DNA of 64,000 bases from Octopus vulgaris (taxonomy: Eukaryota): the NCBI GenBank assembly GCA_951406725.2, contig OX597821.1, positions 93,682,001 through 93,746,000 of the forward strand, in the 5' to 3' direction. Both the position numbers and the translations under genes were made by a program. Position 1 is the first letter of the stretch, and each line of letters opens with the position of its first letter. The notes beneath the pieces are model-generated. The model made no database searches, was not told the DNA's origin, and saw only the letters and a list, made by a program, of their open reading frames with translations. Below, piece by piece: positions 26,146 through 39,949 of this stretch.

Positions 26146-26485
26146 GAATGTAACAGTAATCACACCCACGAACCATGCTCACATTTCCAGTCTTCACCAT
26201 AATCCAGTACCACATTCTACATCACAATCTGGCTAACACTATCACCAGAATCGGTATTTTCACCTCTTTAAACACCATCCCTCTTCTTACTCCTGCCACC
26301 TGCCACAACTATCATTCTTAAAACTACCCACCATCATAGCAGTTCTTGCAACTGCTGTCCCCTCACCCACATTAACAATTCTGATGCCTTTATTGCATTT
26401 AAACTTTTGGGAAGTTTTTTCCTTCCCTCCACCATGCAATAAATTCCAAAGTAACAATTTTTTCAGTGTAGCATATACACACACA

Positions 26486-26533
<48 letters not shown>

Positions 26534-26640
26534 AATGCGTGCGAGTGTATGTGTGTGTATATATGAGTGTGCATTTAAATATATATATGCATGTGTGTGT
26601 GTGTGTGTGTTCATGCATATATACATAAATATATTTATAT

Positions 26641-26714
<74 letters not shown>

Positions 26715-27394
26715 ATACACATGTGCATATGTATGTATATTGTATGTTTAACTTATGTGTGTGTTTGTGTGTGTGTATATATATATATATGTATGTATAC
26801 ATATATATGCATATAAATTCATATAAATATACACACACACATGTATAGATATATGTACATATATATACATATAAATTCATATAAATATACACACACACAT
26901 GTATACATATATGTACATATATATGCATACATACAGTTTTAATTAATTTTGGTGGTTTGTTTCTCATATCTTTCTTTTTATTTTACTTATTTACTTTTTT
27001 TTTTTTGCTTGGTATGAAACCCAGTGCCAAAAAGTGGAATTTGATATTAAGATCAAGATTATTGCATTTATGATTAAAGGAAAATATAAAAAAAAAACGA
27101 AAATTATTGCTATGGTGGTGGTGGTGGTGGTCATGGTGGGGGTGTTGGTGCATGGTGGTAGTGTTGTCGGCGGAGTCGGTGATCTATTTAACAGAAATTA
27201 AATTACCAAAGCAATCACACAGTTTTCAACTTGTTAACACATTCTGGAAATTAGCTTCAATTATCACTGGCTTGCTCATTCTCTCCCATTCACACATAAA
27301 TTTTTATACACATACATGTATATTCACATATACACACACATATATCCTCTCTTCTTTTTTCACTCCTTCCCCCCCCTCTTTCTCTTCTTTTCCC

Positions 27395-27450
<56 letters not shown>

Positions 27451-28854
27451 CTATCTATCTATCTTTCTTACTCATCTAGTTTCAGTCTCTCTCTTTCTCA
27501 CACTTTCTATGTGGCTCTCACCAAATCTCTTTTCCTTCTCTCTCATATTCTTTCATTTTATTTAAATATCAGAACTTTTACATTTTCTTTTTCTGATCCT
27601 CCCCTTCTTCTTCTTCTTCTTCTATCCTTATCCTCCAGATACATTCCCATAATTATTCTCCTACTCCATTGCTATATCATAATCTTTATAAATTTATATA
27701 TACATACTTATGCATCTGCGTGCATAAATGTGTATGCTTATAGGTACTCACGAGTGTGTATGTGTGTGTGTGTGTATCAACGGTGTATGTGTATGTGCAG
27801 TTCTGTAAATATGTATATGTAGATAGTAGATATATTTCTCCAATAAATATATAAGAATACAAGCAGATTTCTACAGATATATAGCCATAAATCTACATGA
27901 CGTTCTTAGAGAAAACATAATTGTTTTCCACTAAGTTTTCCCAACATATGAATTTTATATTTCATTGCACAATTCAAAGTGCATTAATAGTATCCAATAT
28001 TTTGTGAGATTCAGTGCTTTAAGTGTGTTTCAATAATTTTTTTTAATTATTTAACTTTCCAGAAACAAACCTATCTGAGATTGTCCTTACTTCTCTGATA
28101 TAAATTTGCTGTTTGAAAATATTCTAAACTAAAACCTTCCATCAAATTTCTATGTTAGTTTATATTCCAAACACTTGCTTAATAATGGCAAAGCTATTTT
28201 ACTAAATTCTTCTTTTATTTTTAAAATTAATTGAAACAAAGACAGTTTATTTCAACTGAGATATGATAACAAAAGAGGTTGTTGACTTCACATCCTCTCT
28301 TTGATTTTGTTATTTCATGCTTTGATTCTGAAGTGACTGTTGACTGGGCCAAACAATTTTGTGATATTACACTCCAGCACACTTATAACCTCACAGATTA
28401 CATACAAAGCTGTTACACACATAAAATGTCAACAGTTAGATTTAGCATGTCTACTGAGCATCAAATTTCCTTTTGTTTGAATCCCATGGTTACTATTATT
28501 TTTCTATATTTATTGACATAAATCTGAGAATTTCTGGATTGTTTTCTTTTGCTTGTCTAATATTTGTATGTGTGTTTGTGCGTTTAAATATCTTATGTAA
28601 GTGTGGATATAACAGTGTGGGTAAGAAGTTTGTTTGGCGCTATGTTGTTCCATGTCCAATCTCACTGCATGACACCTTGAGCAAGTATCTTCCTCAGGCT
28701 GACAAATACTTTATACCAAAACAGATTGAAAACGGGTCTAAGTATTTTCCATTAAGTACAACATATGCTCTCAAAACATTGTGAAAGGACTAAATATATA
28801 AATATATAAATATATATATTAAACAACTGTATACCTGCTTTTGCCCACCCCTGT

Positions 28855-29050
28855 ACAGGTGGCACGTAAAAAGCACCCACTACACTCACGGAGTGGTTGG
28901 CGTTAGGAAGGGCATCCAGCTGTAGAAACACTGCCAGATCAGACTGGAGCCTGGTGCAGCCTTCTGGCTTCCCAGATCCCCGGTCGAACCGTCCAACCCA
29001 TGCTAGCATGGAGAACGGACATTAAATGATGATGATGATGATAATGATGA
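28855..29050 (+). mobile_element. RTE-type 3' tail element
   Basis: Near-identical to 55-255. Confidence 0.8.
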
Positions 29051-29155
29051 TATATATATATGATATCATAAAGTATTATCCAAAATTCTGACTACTTATT
29101 TCTTCTTAATATACAATATCTGTACACCACTTCAAACACTCTATACATATATATA

Positions 29156-29187
<32 letters not shown>

Positions 29188-29922
29188 CATACAAGGCTGA
29201 GAAAAAGTATGTATACAGTTGCTTCTAGGAGTGGAATATTCTTTTACATTTCTCTGAAATTAGGAATACTTATTTTATTACAGAAAGATTTAAATAAAAA
29301 GAACATAGAATCATAGAATTCTAGTCCTAAAATGAAATAGAGAAATGAAAAGAATATTTCTTTCACATTAGGCGAGTTATATGATGGGCTTCTTTCAGTT
29401 TCTGTCTATCAAGGTCACTTACAAGCTTTCAGTTGGCTGGGACAAGTAGAAAACACTTGCCCAATGTGTCACACAGTGGGACTGAACCCAAGACCTCGTG
29501 GGTGGGAAGCAAGCTTCTTAAGCACACAACCATGCCTGTTCTTATGTATGCATGTGTATTTTTGAATACTTGTTAAGGGTCACTACTATATCAGCTACCA
29601 TTTGTTCCAACAACAAACAACAAATTTCCACAACTTTTCTCGTTGTTACTAATACATTTACAACTCAAATGATCTCAACAGCTCTTTTGTCTATTGCAGT
29701 CTTGTGTTTCTTGCCACAAGCAATTCAAAACCATCTTTTATTGTACCCATTGAGCAAACAAACACTTTAGTTTGGTACAGCTCTTCAGTTACAGAACAGG
29801 AGCTGCAGTCATTTCATTACTGAATAGTTGACAATAGAAAAGGCTTCCAACAACGAAATTAAAAGAACTACATTGGTGCACTATAAGAAAACAGTGATAA
29901 GTTAACATGTGACTTGAGTTAA

Positions 29923-30493
29923 CTCTTTAGTATTCAAAGCAGCCTTGTCTGGCCCTAATAATCAACTTGTTTTATTTTCAAACCAACCAGATTCTGCTTC
30001 TCACAACTACTCTGCAATGTCATTTTAAAAGAAACAATCACTGAGGCTGTGTGGTAACAAGTTTGCTTCCCAACCACATGGTTCCAGGTTCAGTCCCACC
30101 ATGTGTGGAACCTTGGACAATCTTCTACTATAGCCTCAGAGTGACCAAAGCCTTATGAGTGGATTTGGTAGATGGAAACTAAAAGAAGCCTGTCATAAGT
30201 GTGTATGGAGGGTGTGTCTTTATGTCTGTTAACATGTCTCCTCACTACCACTAGTTACGTCCCTGTAACATAGTAGTTTGGCAATAGGAACCTCATAGAA
30301 CAAGTACCAACCTTAACAAAAGTAAGTACTGCAACAAAAAGTTCTTAAGGTGGTGCCACAGTATGACCGTAGTCCTACAATTGAAATAAGTAAAAGATAA
30401 AAGATTAAAAGATAAGAGATAATGTATGATTAACTCAAAACAATATGAATAAATGGGTATTGCATTTGAGAGAGTATTTTGAAAGATAAAGGG
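29923..30493. mobile_element. TTAA-flanked MITE (piggyBac-like) interrupted by a CORE-like SINE (~30040-30415)
   Basis: TTAA|CTCTTTAG...TAAAGGG|TTAA; the body is homologous to 60181-60401. Confidence 0.65.
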
Positions 30494-30518
30494 TTAAAGA
30501 ACTGTGTCTTCCCATGTA

Positions 30519-30735
30519 CAAGAGGGTGCTGAAAAGTTCCTGGCTTTGGATAAAAGAAAATACTGGAGGATCGGTTGATTATGATTTTATTCAATATATT
30601 CCCCTCTCAAGTTCATACAATTATTGCAGCAGTCCTTCAATTTTTCTAAGCCCTGTAACAGAACTTGAAAGGTTGGGCCTCATACCAGGTCTTTCACAAT
30701 ACCCTTAAAGCCAGGAACTCTTCAGCATGCTCTTG
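30519..30735. mobile_element. Mariner-type MITE
   Basis: TA-flanked TIRs CAAGAGGGTGCTGAAAAGTTCCTGGCTTT / AAAGCCAGGAACTCTTCAGCATGCTCTTG. Confidence 0.85.
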
Positions 30736-30792
30736 TATATATATATAAACTGTACCATTTTCAGTGGATACATATATATATATATATATATA

Positions 30793-31013
30793 CTCTTTAC
30801 TCTTTTACTTGTTTCAGTCATTTGACTGCGGCCATGCTGGAGCACCGCTTTTAATCGAGCAACTCGACCCCGAGACTTATTCTTTTGTAAGCCCAGTACT
30901 TATTCTATCGGTCTTTTTTGCCGAACCGCTAAGTAACGTGGACATAAACATACCAGCATCATTTGTCAAGCAATGCTAGGGGGACAAACACAGATGCACA
31001 AACACACACACGC

Positions 31014-31044
<31 letters not shown>

Positions 31045-31211
31045 TACGATGGGCTTCTTTCAGTTTCCGTCTACCAAATCCACTCACAAGGCATTGGTTG
31101 GCCCGAGGCTATAGTAGAAGACACTTGCCCATGGTGCCACGCAGTGGGACTGAACCCGGAACCATGTGGGTGATAAACAAGCTACTTACCACACAACCAC
31201 TCCTGCGCCTG
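30793..31211 (-). mobile_element. Full-length CORE-like SINE
   Basis: Reverse complement of the 12259-12689 family. Confidence 0.9.
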
Positions 31212-31246
<35 letters not shown>

Positions 31247-31249
31247 TCA

Positions 31250-31454
31250 CAAGGGGGTGCTGAAAAGTTCCTGGCTTTGGAAACAGGAGAATCAGTTAAT
31301 TATGATTTTATCCAATATATTCCTCTCCCACTTTCACATACTTATCGCAGCAATCCATCAGTTTTTGTAAACCCTGTAAAAGAACTTGGAAGGTTAGGCT
31401 TCAAACCAAGCCTTTCACAATACCCAAAGCCTGAAACGTTTTAGCACCCCCTCA
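31250..31454. mobile_element. Mariner-type MITE, second copy
   Basis: Same TIR and body as 30519-30735. Confidence 0.8.
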
Positions 31455-31479
31455 TAGATCAACACAGTAGGAACTAGAT

Positions 31480-31737
31480 CAGTGGTTTTCTACCATTTTT
31501 CACCTATGGACCCTTTGATTTCAATTTTATTCCACTGGACCTCAATGGCCATTCAATGTGCATAAAAAAAAAAAATCCTGCAATATTTTTATGATTATAT
31601 ATTATTAGAAATTATATAGAAAAATTAAAATATTTTGTGTATTGCAGAAGTATATGTGACTTATTGCACTTGAATTTTGGCAACAAAATCTTATATGGAA
31701 CCTCAAGAATCATATGGATCTTGTTTGAGAACCACCA
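31480..31737. mobile_element. hAT-type MITE
   Basis: Ends CAGTGGTTTTC...GAGAACCACCA, with 8-bp flanks AACTAGAT / AACTAGTT as a probable target-site duplication. Confidence 0.65.
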
Positions 31738-31907
31738 AACTAGTTTAATCTAGCTCAAAGATTGTATAAAAAAATTTTAAGATGAAACAGTATCTTTAAA
31801 ACGTCTATGAGACTTAACATCCTTTGTACACATAAATACAAACATTTACATACATGAACTTAAGAATGATATGATGAGTGCCATTATCAGTCACACAAAC
31901 ATACAAA

Positions 31908-32460
31908 GGTGCAGGAGTGGCTGTGTGGTAAGTAACTTGCTAACCACCCACATGGTTCCGGGTTCAGTCCCACTGCGTGGCATCTTGGGCAAGTGTCTTC
32001 TGCTATAGCCCCAGGCCGACCAATGCCTTATGAGTGGATTTGGTAGACGGAAACTGAAAGAAGCCTGTCGTATATATGTATATATAACGGGAAGCTTTAT
32101 GAAAATAAACAAAAGACGAAGGCAGGTGGAGTACAAACAAACAATTGTATTAGTATGGCGCTCAGGAATATAAATAAAACAAGTCTTTTACGTTTCGAGC
32201 CTACGCTCTTCAACAGAAAGATACACAGAAAAGAAACACGGAGAGAAACAAGGAGAGGTCTGTGTTTGTTCCCCTAGCATTGCTTAACAACCGATGCTGG
32301 TGTGTTTGCGTTCCCGTCACTTAGCGGTTCGGTAAAAGAGACCGATATAATAAGTACTGGGCTTACAAAGAATAAGTCCCGGGGTCGATTTGCTCGACTA
32401 AAGGCGGTGCTCCAGCATGGCCGCAGTCAAATGACTGAAACAAGTAAAAGAGTAAAGAGT
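31908..32460 (+). mobile_element. CORE-like SINE with an insertion in its central (TA)n
   Basis: 5' half 31908-32086 and 3' half 32258-32460. Confidence 0.9.
32087..32257 (-). mobile_element. PLE terminal-repeat-like fragment with hammerhead-like motif
   Basis: Minus 32184-32221 reads TCTTT-CTGTTGA-A-GAGC gtag GCTC-GAA-ACGT-A-AAAGA. A related end lies at 48460-48525, also abutting (TA)n. Confidence 0.65.
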
Positions 32461-32814
32461 ATGTGTAACATCAGACATTTGTTTTAATCTGTATATATTG
32501 ACTAATGGCTGTCGAGCACAAAACGGGGATATTTATTTTCTTGGTCAGTGTTTGTATAAAGGAATCAAGTTAGAAGGCTCCATCACTGTATTAAAGTCAG
32601 GTTAAAATCTAATAATTGACAAATTACTGACCCTACTTAGTTTCTTCACTTATAATGGGATCAATTTGTATTGCAGCTAGGGTTTAGATCTGGCAAGCAG
32701 GGCTTCATAAACTGTTGGCGTTGGTGTTGGTGTTGGTGTTGGTGAATGGTTAGAGCAATTTTCTACGGTCTTTACTTTCTCTCGTTCTTGCACGTAACAA
32801 CTTGCTGACACACA

Positions 32815-33347
32815 GTAATTCTTTTTCTGTCTCTCTATCTATCTATCTTTCTTTCTCACTCTCCCTATCTCTCTTCTTCTCCCTCTCTTCCTTTCTTCCT
32901 CACTTTCTTCCTTCCTTTCCTCCTCTCCCTCTCACTCTTCCTTCTCTTCTCTCCTCTCTCTCTCCTTTCCTCTCCCTCTCCCCTCTCTCCTCTCTCTTCC
33001 ACCCTCTCCCCTTCACCCCTTCTGTCCATCTCCCTTTCTCTCTCTCCTCTCACTCTTTCTCCTTCTCCCTGTCTATCTCTCACCTTCTCTCTTTCTTTTC
33101 CTCTCTCTCCTTTCCTTTCTCCATCTCTATCTCCCTCTCCCTCCCCATCTCCTTCTCTCCCTCTCTCCTTCTCCCTTCTCACCGTCTTCATCTCCCTCTC
33201 TCCGTCACCATCTCCCTCCCCTTCTTCCTTTTCCTCTCTCCCTCTCCCTCACCTCTCTCTCTCTCTCATATACACAATACCTCACTAACACACTAACTCT
33301 CTCTCATATACTCAATAGCACATCATCTAATCAATCTAATCTACCAA

Positions 33348-33440
<93 letters not shown>
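32815..33440. repeat. Polypyrimidine tract followed by (CT)n and (CA)n
   Basis: About 450 bp almost entirely C/T on the + strand. Confidence 0.9.
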
Positions 33441-33446
<6 letters not shown>

Positions 33447-33804
33447 ACAATAACAACACCATTCATCCCCCCCGTCCACTCTCTCCACAAGACCTCAGTA
33501 ACCACTTAACCTAGTGCTGGGGCCAGAATTCTTCACGGTTCTAATGGACAGTCAGTAAAATCTTATCTTAATCTTTTATATGTCTGTATTACTGAATATG
33601 GGAAATATCATTTTCATTTATTCTATGCCATTCTGTTGCTATTACAGACATAATCAGAACAAGCGTAACATTGATTCTTTGTAGGCATGAGGCCAATTTT
33701 TATTGAGGAGAGGTAAAGTCTTCAGAATTGGTTCCTGTTTATTACTGAGAAGAGGTCAAACAAGGAAAATATTGTTTGATTCCATATGGGAAATATAGGC
33801 CATG

Positions 33805-33959
33805 GGTGCAGGCATGGCAGCATGGTTAAGAAGCTTGCTTTGCAATCACATGAGTTTGGATTCAATCCCACAGCATGGCACCTTGGGTGAGTGTCTTGTT
33901 ATAAACCCAATAATTTGTGAGTGATATTGGTTGATGGAAACTGTGTGGAAGCCCATTTC

Positions 33960-33999
<40 letters not shown>

Positions 34000-34140
34000 G
34001 ACAAGCTTCTTTCAGTTTCCGTCTACCTACTCCACTCACAAGGTTCAAGGCTATAATAGAAGACACTTGCCCAAGGTGCCATGCAGTGGGACTGAACCTG
34101 GAACCATGTGGTTGGGAAGCAGGCTTCTTACCAAACAGCA
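33805..34140. mobile_element. Two convergent CORE-like SINE 5' halves around a (TA)n
   Basis: + copy 33805-33958 and - copy 34000-34140. Confidence 0.75.
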
Positions 34141-34290
34141 ATGATCGCCATCATCATTTAACGTCTGTTTTCATGCTTGGCATGGATTGTACAACTTGTA
34201 TACATATATACATAATACATACATACATATAATATAATATGACATGTATATATATATATATATATATACATGAAATGGGCTTCCACTCAG

Positions 34291-34340
<50 letters not shown>

Positions 34341-34606
34341 TGTATGTATGTATGTATGTATGTATGCATGTATAAATCTGTGTGTGTGTGTGTGGCTTTA
34401 TGTCTGTGTTTGTCCCCCACCACCACTTGACAACTGATGTTGGTGTGTTTACATTTCTGTAACTTAGCGGTTTAGCAGAAAGAGACCAATAGAATAGTAC
34501 AAGGCTTAATAAAATTCCCGGAGTCAATTTGTTTGACTAAAACCCTTCAAGGTGGTGCTCCAGCATGGCCACAGTCAACTGACTTAAACAAGTAAAAGAA
34601 TATATA

Positions 34607-35492
34607 TTAGAGTGTTCGGAAAGTAATTGTTGTTTCTCCACTGCTATGAAATATGAATCGACCAATCACATCAGAGCCAAGGTCAAATGGGTGGAAACTA
34701 TCTAGAAATAGTGTATTGTGTTTTCTATCCAGCAGTGTCATTCATAGATATTTCAGTAATTAACCCCATGAAGGATAATAAATTATGAAACAACATATTT
34801 GCCATTGCTTGCTGTATGAGTTTCAAAAGAAAAGTACCTCTACAGAAGCAATGAAAAGCATTTGTGAAGTGTTATCTGGGTACAGTGAAAGCTTGTACAT
34901 GTCAGCTGTGATTTAAAAGGTTTAAAGATAGTGATTGGGATACATCTGACAAACCTCACTCTGGGAGATTACCCACTCTGAGTGACGACCTTTTGAATGA
35001 GACTGTTGTACTGGATCCACGTCAAAGCACTAGAGATTTGGTGCAAAAATTTAATGTCATGTTCAACTATCCATGAACAGCTCAAGTAAATTAGGAAAAC
35101 ATGCAGAGAGGAAATTTGGGTTCCACATGAGATTATAATTGAGAACCAAACACAATGTTCCACCATTTGTAGCAGTCTTCTAACTAGGAATAACAACCTG
35201 TTGTTTCTGCAGCGTATTGTTAGGGGTGGTGAAAAATGGAATTTTGCAGAAAACAAAAAGACAATGGTTATCACATAAGATGGCAATGACAACATCAAAA
35301 CCAGAATTCCATCCACAACAATCTTTGCTCTGTGTTTGGTGGAACATAAAAGGTGTCATCAATTATGATATTCTGGAACATGGAAGGAACATTGATGCAG
35401 ATGTCTAATGCCAACAACTTGATCATGTAAATAAAAAATTACATCAAAAGTGGCTTTTCAGGTAAAATGCAATTACTTTCTGAACACCTCTA
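34607..35492 (+). mobile_element. Internally deleted mariner transposon remnant
   Basis: TIRs GAGTGTTCGGAAAGTAATTG / CAATTACTTTCTGAACACCTC. Broken transposase motifs HCLLYEF, FKRFK, KPHSGR, WVPHE, GGEKW, KRQWL and LLCVWWNIKGVINYDIL. The C-terminal catalytic part is missing. Confidence 0.9.
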
Positions 35493-36435
35493 TAGATATA
35501 TACACAAAGTATATATACATAAAGTTCTGAAGATATATACACAAAGTACTGAATGAGGACCTCAAAAGGCTGAACCTTTCAGATGAGATGATAAAGGACT
35601 GAGATACCTGAAACCTTGCTGTACACCAGAAAACCCTATCCTCCACAACAGAAGTGTTAGGACCACATCCCCTGATAAAGAGGATTGTCCTGCAAGAGTC
35701 CTGTGACAGTGGCACATATAAAAAATATCTGATGCTGGTACCTTGTAATAAGCACTCATGCCAGTTCCATATAAGTGTGCTCATGGTGGCAGCATGTTAA
35801 AAGCACCCAGCACAGACTGTAAAGTGGTTAGTATTAAGAAGAGCATCCAGCCATAGACACCAATCCAAGTCAGACTGGAATCTGTTACAGCTTGCCAGCT
35901 CTGCTCAAACCGCTCAACCCATGCCAGCATAGAACACAGGTGTTATAAGATGATAATGATGATAATCATATGTATATTCTTTTACTTGTTTCAGTCAATA
36001 TGTCTGTGTGTGTGTGTGTGTGTGTATAGTGTGTGTATAGTGTACTGCATCTGGTGAGAGATAAATATTATTTAATAAACACAATATATGTATTTATGTG
36101 CTACTATTAGTTTCATGTACTGAGAGCATGCCAAACAGTGTTTTTAACACGTCTGGTGTCCTAACACAATCATCAAACACACTGCCCACATTGCATAATG
36201 AACTAGGCGTGTTAAAAACACCGTTTAGCATGCTCCCAGCACATGAAATTAACAGTAGCACATAAACACAACTACTGTTGTTATTAAATAATATATATAT
36301 ATATATATATATAAGGGTAAGATCCAAGGATCCTAGTGTAGGTAGTTTGTAAGTTTCAAGCAGTTTATGGCTAAGAAACATATATAGCTTGGATTTTACC
36401 TGTTCTACTCCCTCAATTTGGATATGTTTATATAT

Positions 36436-36481
<46 letters not shown>

Positions 36482-36484
<3 letters not shown>

Positions 36485-37112
36485 GGTAAAAATGGTAAGA
36501 TAACAAAAGAAAGAAAGAGACCTCAATATTATATAAATAGAGGAAATTTATCTATAAAATAATATGTTACAATTATTCAATAGTCAAGATAAAACTCTGA
36601 GTTTCAGATGCCGAAGTGGAAATTCACAACACCATCTCTTCAGTTATCTGGCCATCTGAAAAACGCTATGAAAAAGTACCGTTATATAAAGGGAAATTAC
36701 TGTGTTATAATTCCGCTACTTATATAAATTAAGATTAAAAGTTCATAGTAAACACGTAAACATGGCTACTCATACGCTCACATGTGCGCACGCAGACCCA
36801 CGTGCAGACTAATACGTCACTATGAAAACGTACACATCTTCACTCGAAATGATTGTAACTCGAAAATTTAAAGAAATTAACAGCCATGAAACGAAAATAG
36901 TGTTATATTAATTATATTTTTTTAATAATTTTGTTATATATTTAAATAATATAAATTAAATAATCTTATGTATTGGCTTAAATTTTTCATTGTATGATTT
37001 ACCTAATAGTGGTTTTGTCTCTAATTTAATATAATATAATATTTTACTATAAAATTGGATTCAATCCTAAATCTGATTTTTCCCTGTAAGTTTGGATTTA
37101 TTCCCTAATATT
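36482..37112 (-). mobile_element. Probable PLE-derived fragment between (TA)n tracts with a hammerhead motif
   Basis: Minus 36587-36649 reads AGATAA-CTGAAGA-GATG...CATC-t-GAA-ACTC a GAGT-T-TTATCT. Confidence 0.55.
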
Positions 37113-37176
<64 letters not shown>

Positions 37177-37183
<7 letters not shown>

Positions 37184-37542
37184 GTAAAAAGTGAAAAAAC
37201 TACAGAAGGCTTGTTTTAAAAGGTTAAAAAATATATATTTGAGTCATTATGTCAGAAGAATGTTATAAATTTTTTTCATACAGTGACATAGTTTTTGAAG
37301 AAATTACCAGTTTCGTGTTTAACTTTTCAAATTTCTCAAAACATTGTTATGATTTCGTTTAAGAAATCATAACAATGTTTTGAGAAATTTGAAAAGTTAA
37401 ACACGAAACTGGTAATTTCTTCAAAAACTATGTCACTGTATGAAAAAATTTATAACATTCTTCTGACATAATGACTCAAATATATATTTTTTAACCTTTT
37501 AAAACAAGCCTTCTGTAGTTTTTTCACTTTTTACTATTTTCT
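37177..37542. repeat. Near-perfect palindrome (180-bp arms, 6-nt loop) made of PLE terminal-repeat sequence
   Basis: Arms 37177-37356 and 37363-37542 around GATTTC gtttaa GAAATC; homologous to 21670-21860. Confidence 0.95.
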
Positions 37543-37581
37543 ATATATTCAACCATGTGCTTTTACACACCAACTTTCTCA

Positions 37582-37622
<41 letters not shown>

Positions 37623-38391
37623 TTATATATATACACATATATATATATACATCCATTCATACATATATGTATGCATTTGTGTTTGTGCTACCTATCTCAC
37701 TGCTTGACACCTAGTATTGGTTCATTTATATCCCTGTAACTTAGTTTGACAAAATTGACTAATAGAATAAGTACAAGACTCAAAAGTAATTACTGGGGTC
37801 AATTTATTTCCCCAAACCCTTCAAGACGGTACCCCAGCATGGTTGTAGTTCAATGACTGCTGAAACAAGTAAAATATTGAGGGTGAGAAGTTGAGACAGC
37901 CATAACTTTTTCAAGAGCCTAAATAAAGCTCCAGCTAATCTGAGCTGCAGACTCTGTCATTTCTATGCCCAGGTTAGGTTATGTACTATTTTGTGCATTG
38001 CCTATGTATCTTGTTTAAATATCTGTATAGGAATGTATATGTGTTTGGCATATATATATATTTGAATGTATTGTATGCTGATATATTTTGCTTATGTATT
38101 CTTTTAGATCTAAACATACAAAAATATTTGTTTTTCTGATATGCTTGCATAAAAAAGCATATACTAGTTTCAATGCTTTTTTAACTTGTCTATACACATT
38201 TCTTTGTTGATATGTCTGGGAATACATGTGCTTGTTTAAGTGCATTCAGATGCATAGATATACATGTGTATGTATATATGTATGTACATACGTACATATG
38301 CATGTATGTACATATGTACATATGTGCGCATATACATATTTACGTATGTGTGTATGTATGTACCCATGTACATATATATGTGCATGTGTAC

Positions 38392-38422
<31 letters not shown>

Positions 38423-38499
38423 TGTATGTATGTATGTATGTATGTATGTATGTATGTATGTATGTTTGTATGTATGTGTTCATGTATACATTTTGCAGT

Positions 38500-38900
38500 T
38501 AACACGTTAGTGCTGACACAGTGAAAGGTAGGTCTAGAGAGATTATAGAGATGCTAGTGCAGATGTAAATGTGTGTTGTATACAAGAGGCAAGATTATGA
38601 GGAGACTCAACGAGATTCTTTATGATCTAGGAATACAGATACAAATTCTTCTAGGGAGTAATGATGATGCAATAGGTAGTGTAAGGAATATTGTAGAAAT
38701 ATTGTCGACAGAGAAATGGGTGAAGTGATTGTGTGACCAGAGTATGATATAATTAAACTTAAACTAGTTGTGGACGACATGACAGTGATACTAGTACATG
38801 AGTACCACAATCTGGGCTGGGAGATGGACAGATGGACATTTCTTTTTTTTTATGAGGACTTCTGTAGACCACCTCGATAGTAGGTGACAATAACCTTATT
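38500..38900 (+). mobile_element. Decayed RTE LINE AP-endonuclease fragment
   Basis: TVKGRSREIIEML...VNVCCIQEAR resembles the N-terminus of the RTE endonuclease. Confidence 0.6.
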
Positions 38901-39588
38901 TTGGGATTTGTTGGTCAAGCCAATCACCTAATTGTCCATCACCAATCTGGCCAGCAGGCAAGCCAAATAGATCACATACCAAGAAATGAGATTGGCATCT
39001 GGTTGTGAAAATTAAGTATTATTTGGGTGAAGAATATACCATTCAGCAACAGACTGGTGAACAGTATTATAAGGATTAAGAACCAGGTGGACTTGAAGAC
39101 AAAAGACAATAAAACAAAAAAAGATAAGGTAACTGAAACACCCCTTAACTAAATATAGCTTCAGAAAGAAACTACCTCTTGATGGACTTGAAGGACCATT
39201 CAAATTAAGGTTTTATAACCACACATCTTCTTTCGGAAAATTAAGTGGTGCAATTTTGCAAAAATCACAAATTACATTTAGCTGTTGAAAAGAACTTAAT
39301 GGCATACGTTATTAGCTGAAAGGTGCTAAACAGACATTTCATGATTGTGAGTAGGTGCATGTTTGTGTAGCAATGTCAATGTTTTTAATGCATGTTCAAA
39401 TGTACAAAAACTCATAAAGCATTAAATGAGAAAGTACTCAATACATGTTGTGGTTTAGTTATATATTTTGTACTTTTTCTGTTTAAAAAAGATTAGAATG
39501 ATTTCTTTCACCTGTTCTAGGTAATATTTGTGTATGTATATATATAAACACACACACATGCACACACACACACACATGTACATACATG

Positions 39589-39621
<33 letters not shown>

Positions 39622-39949
39622 ATACAATCATACATACATACACATATGTCTATAGTGAAAAGTGGTTTGAAGGTTCCATAGAGGTAGTGTAATCTAAACA
39701 AATATATGGGTGAAAATGCGCAATAACATTAAAAGAATTATGGTAATATTTTAAGACAAATTAAGGAGCAAAAAAAAGTGTAATATTTCATTTAAATATA
39801 TTAAATTTTTTAACTTATAAAATTGGTTTCATCCATGGATGAGTGGATTTATCAAAGGAAAATAGTCATAGTGGTTGCAATATATTCGTAGTCACAAATG
39901 ACCATGGATCTATGCCCAAAGAAATTGTTTCAGCTGCTGATAGTGATGC

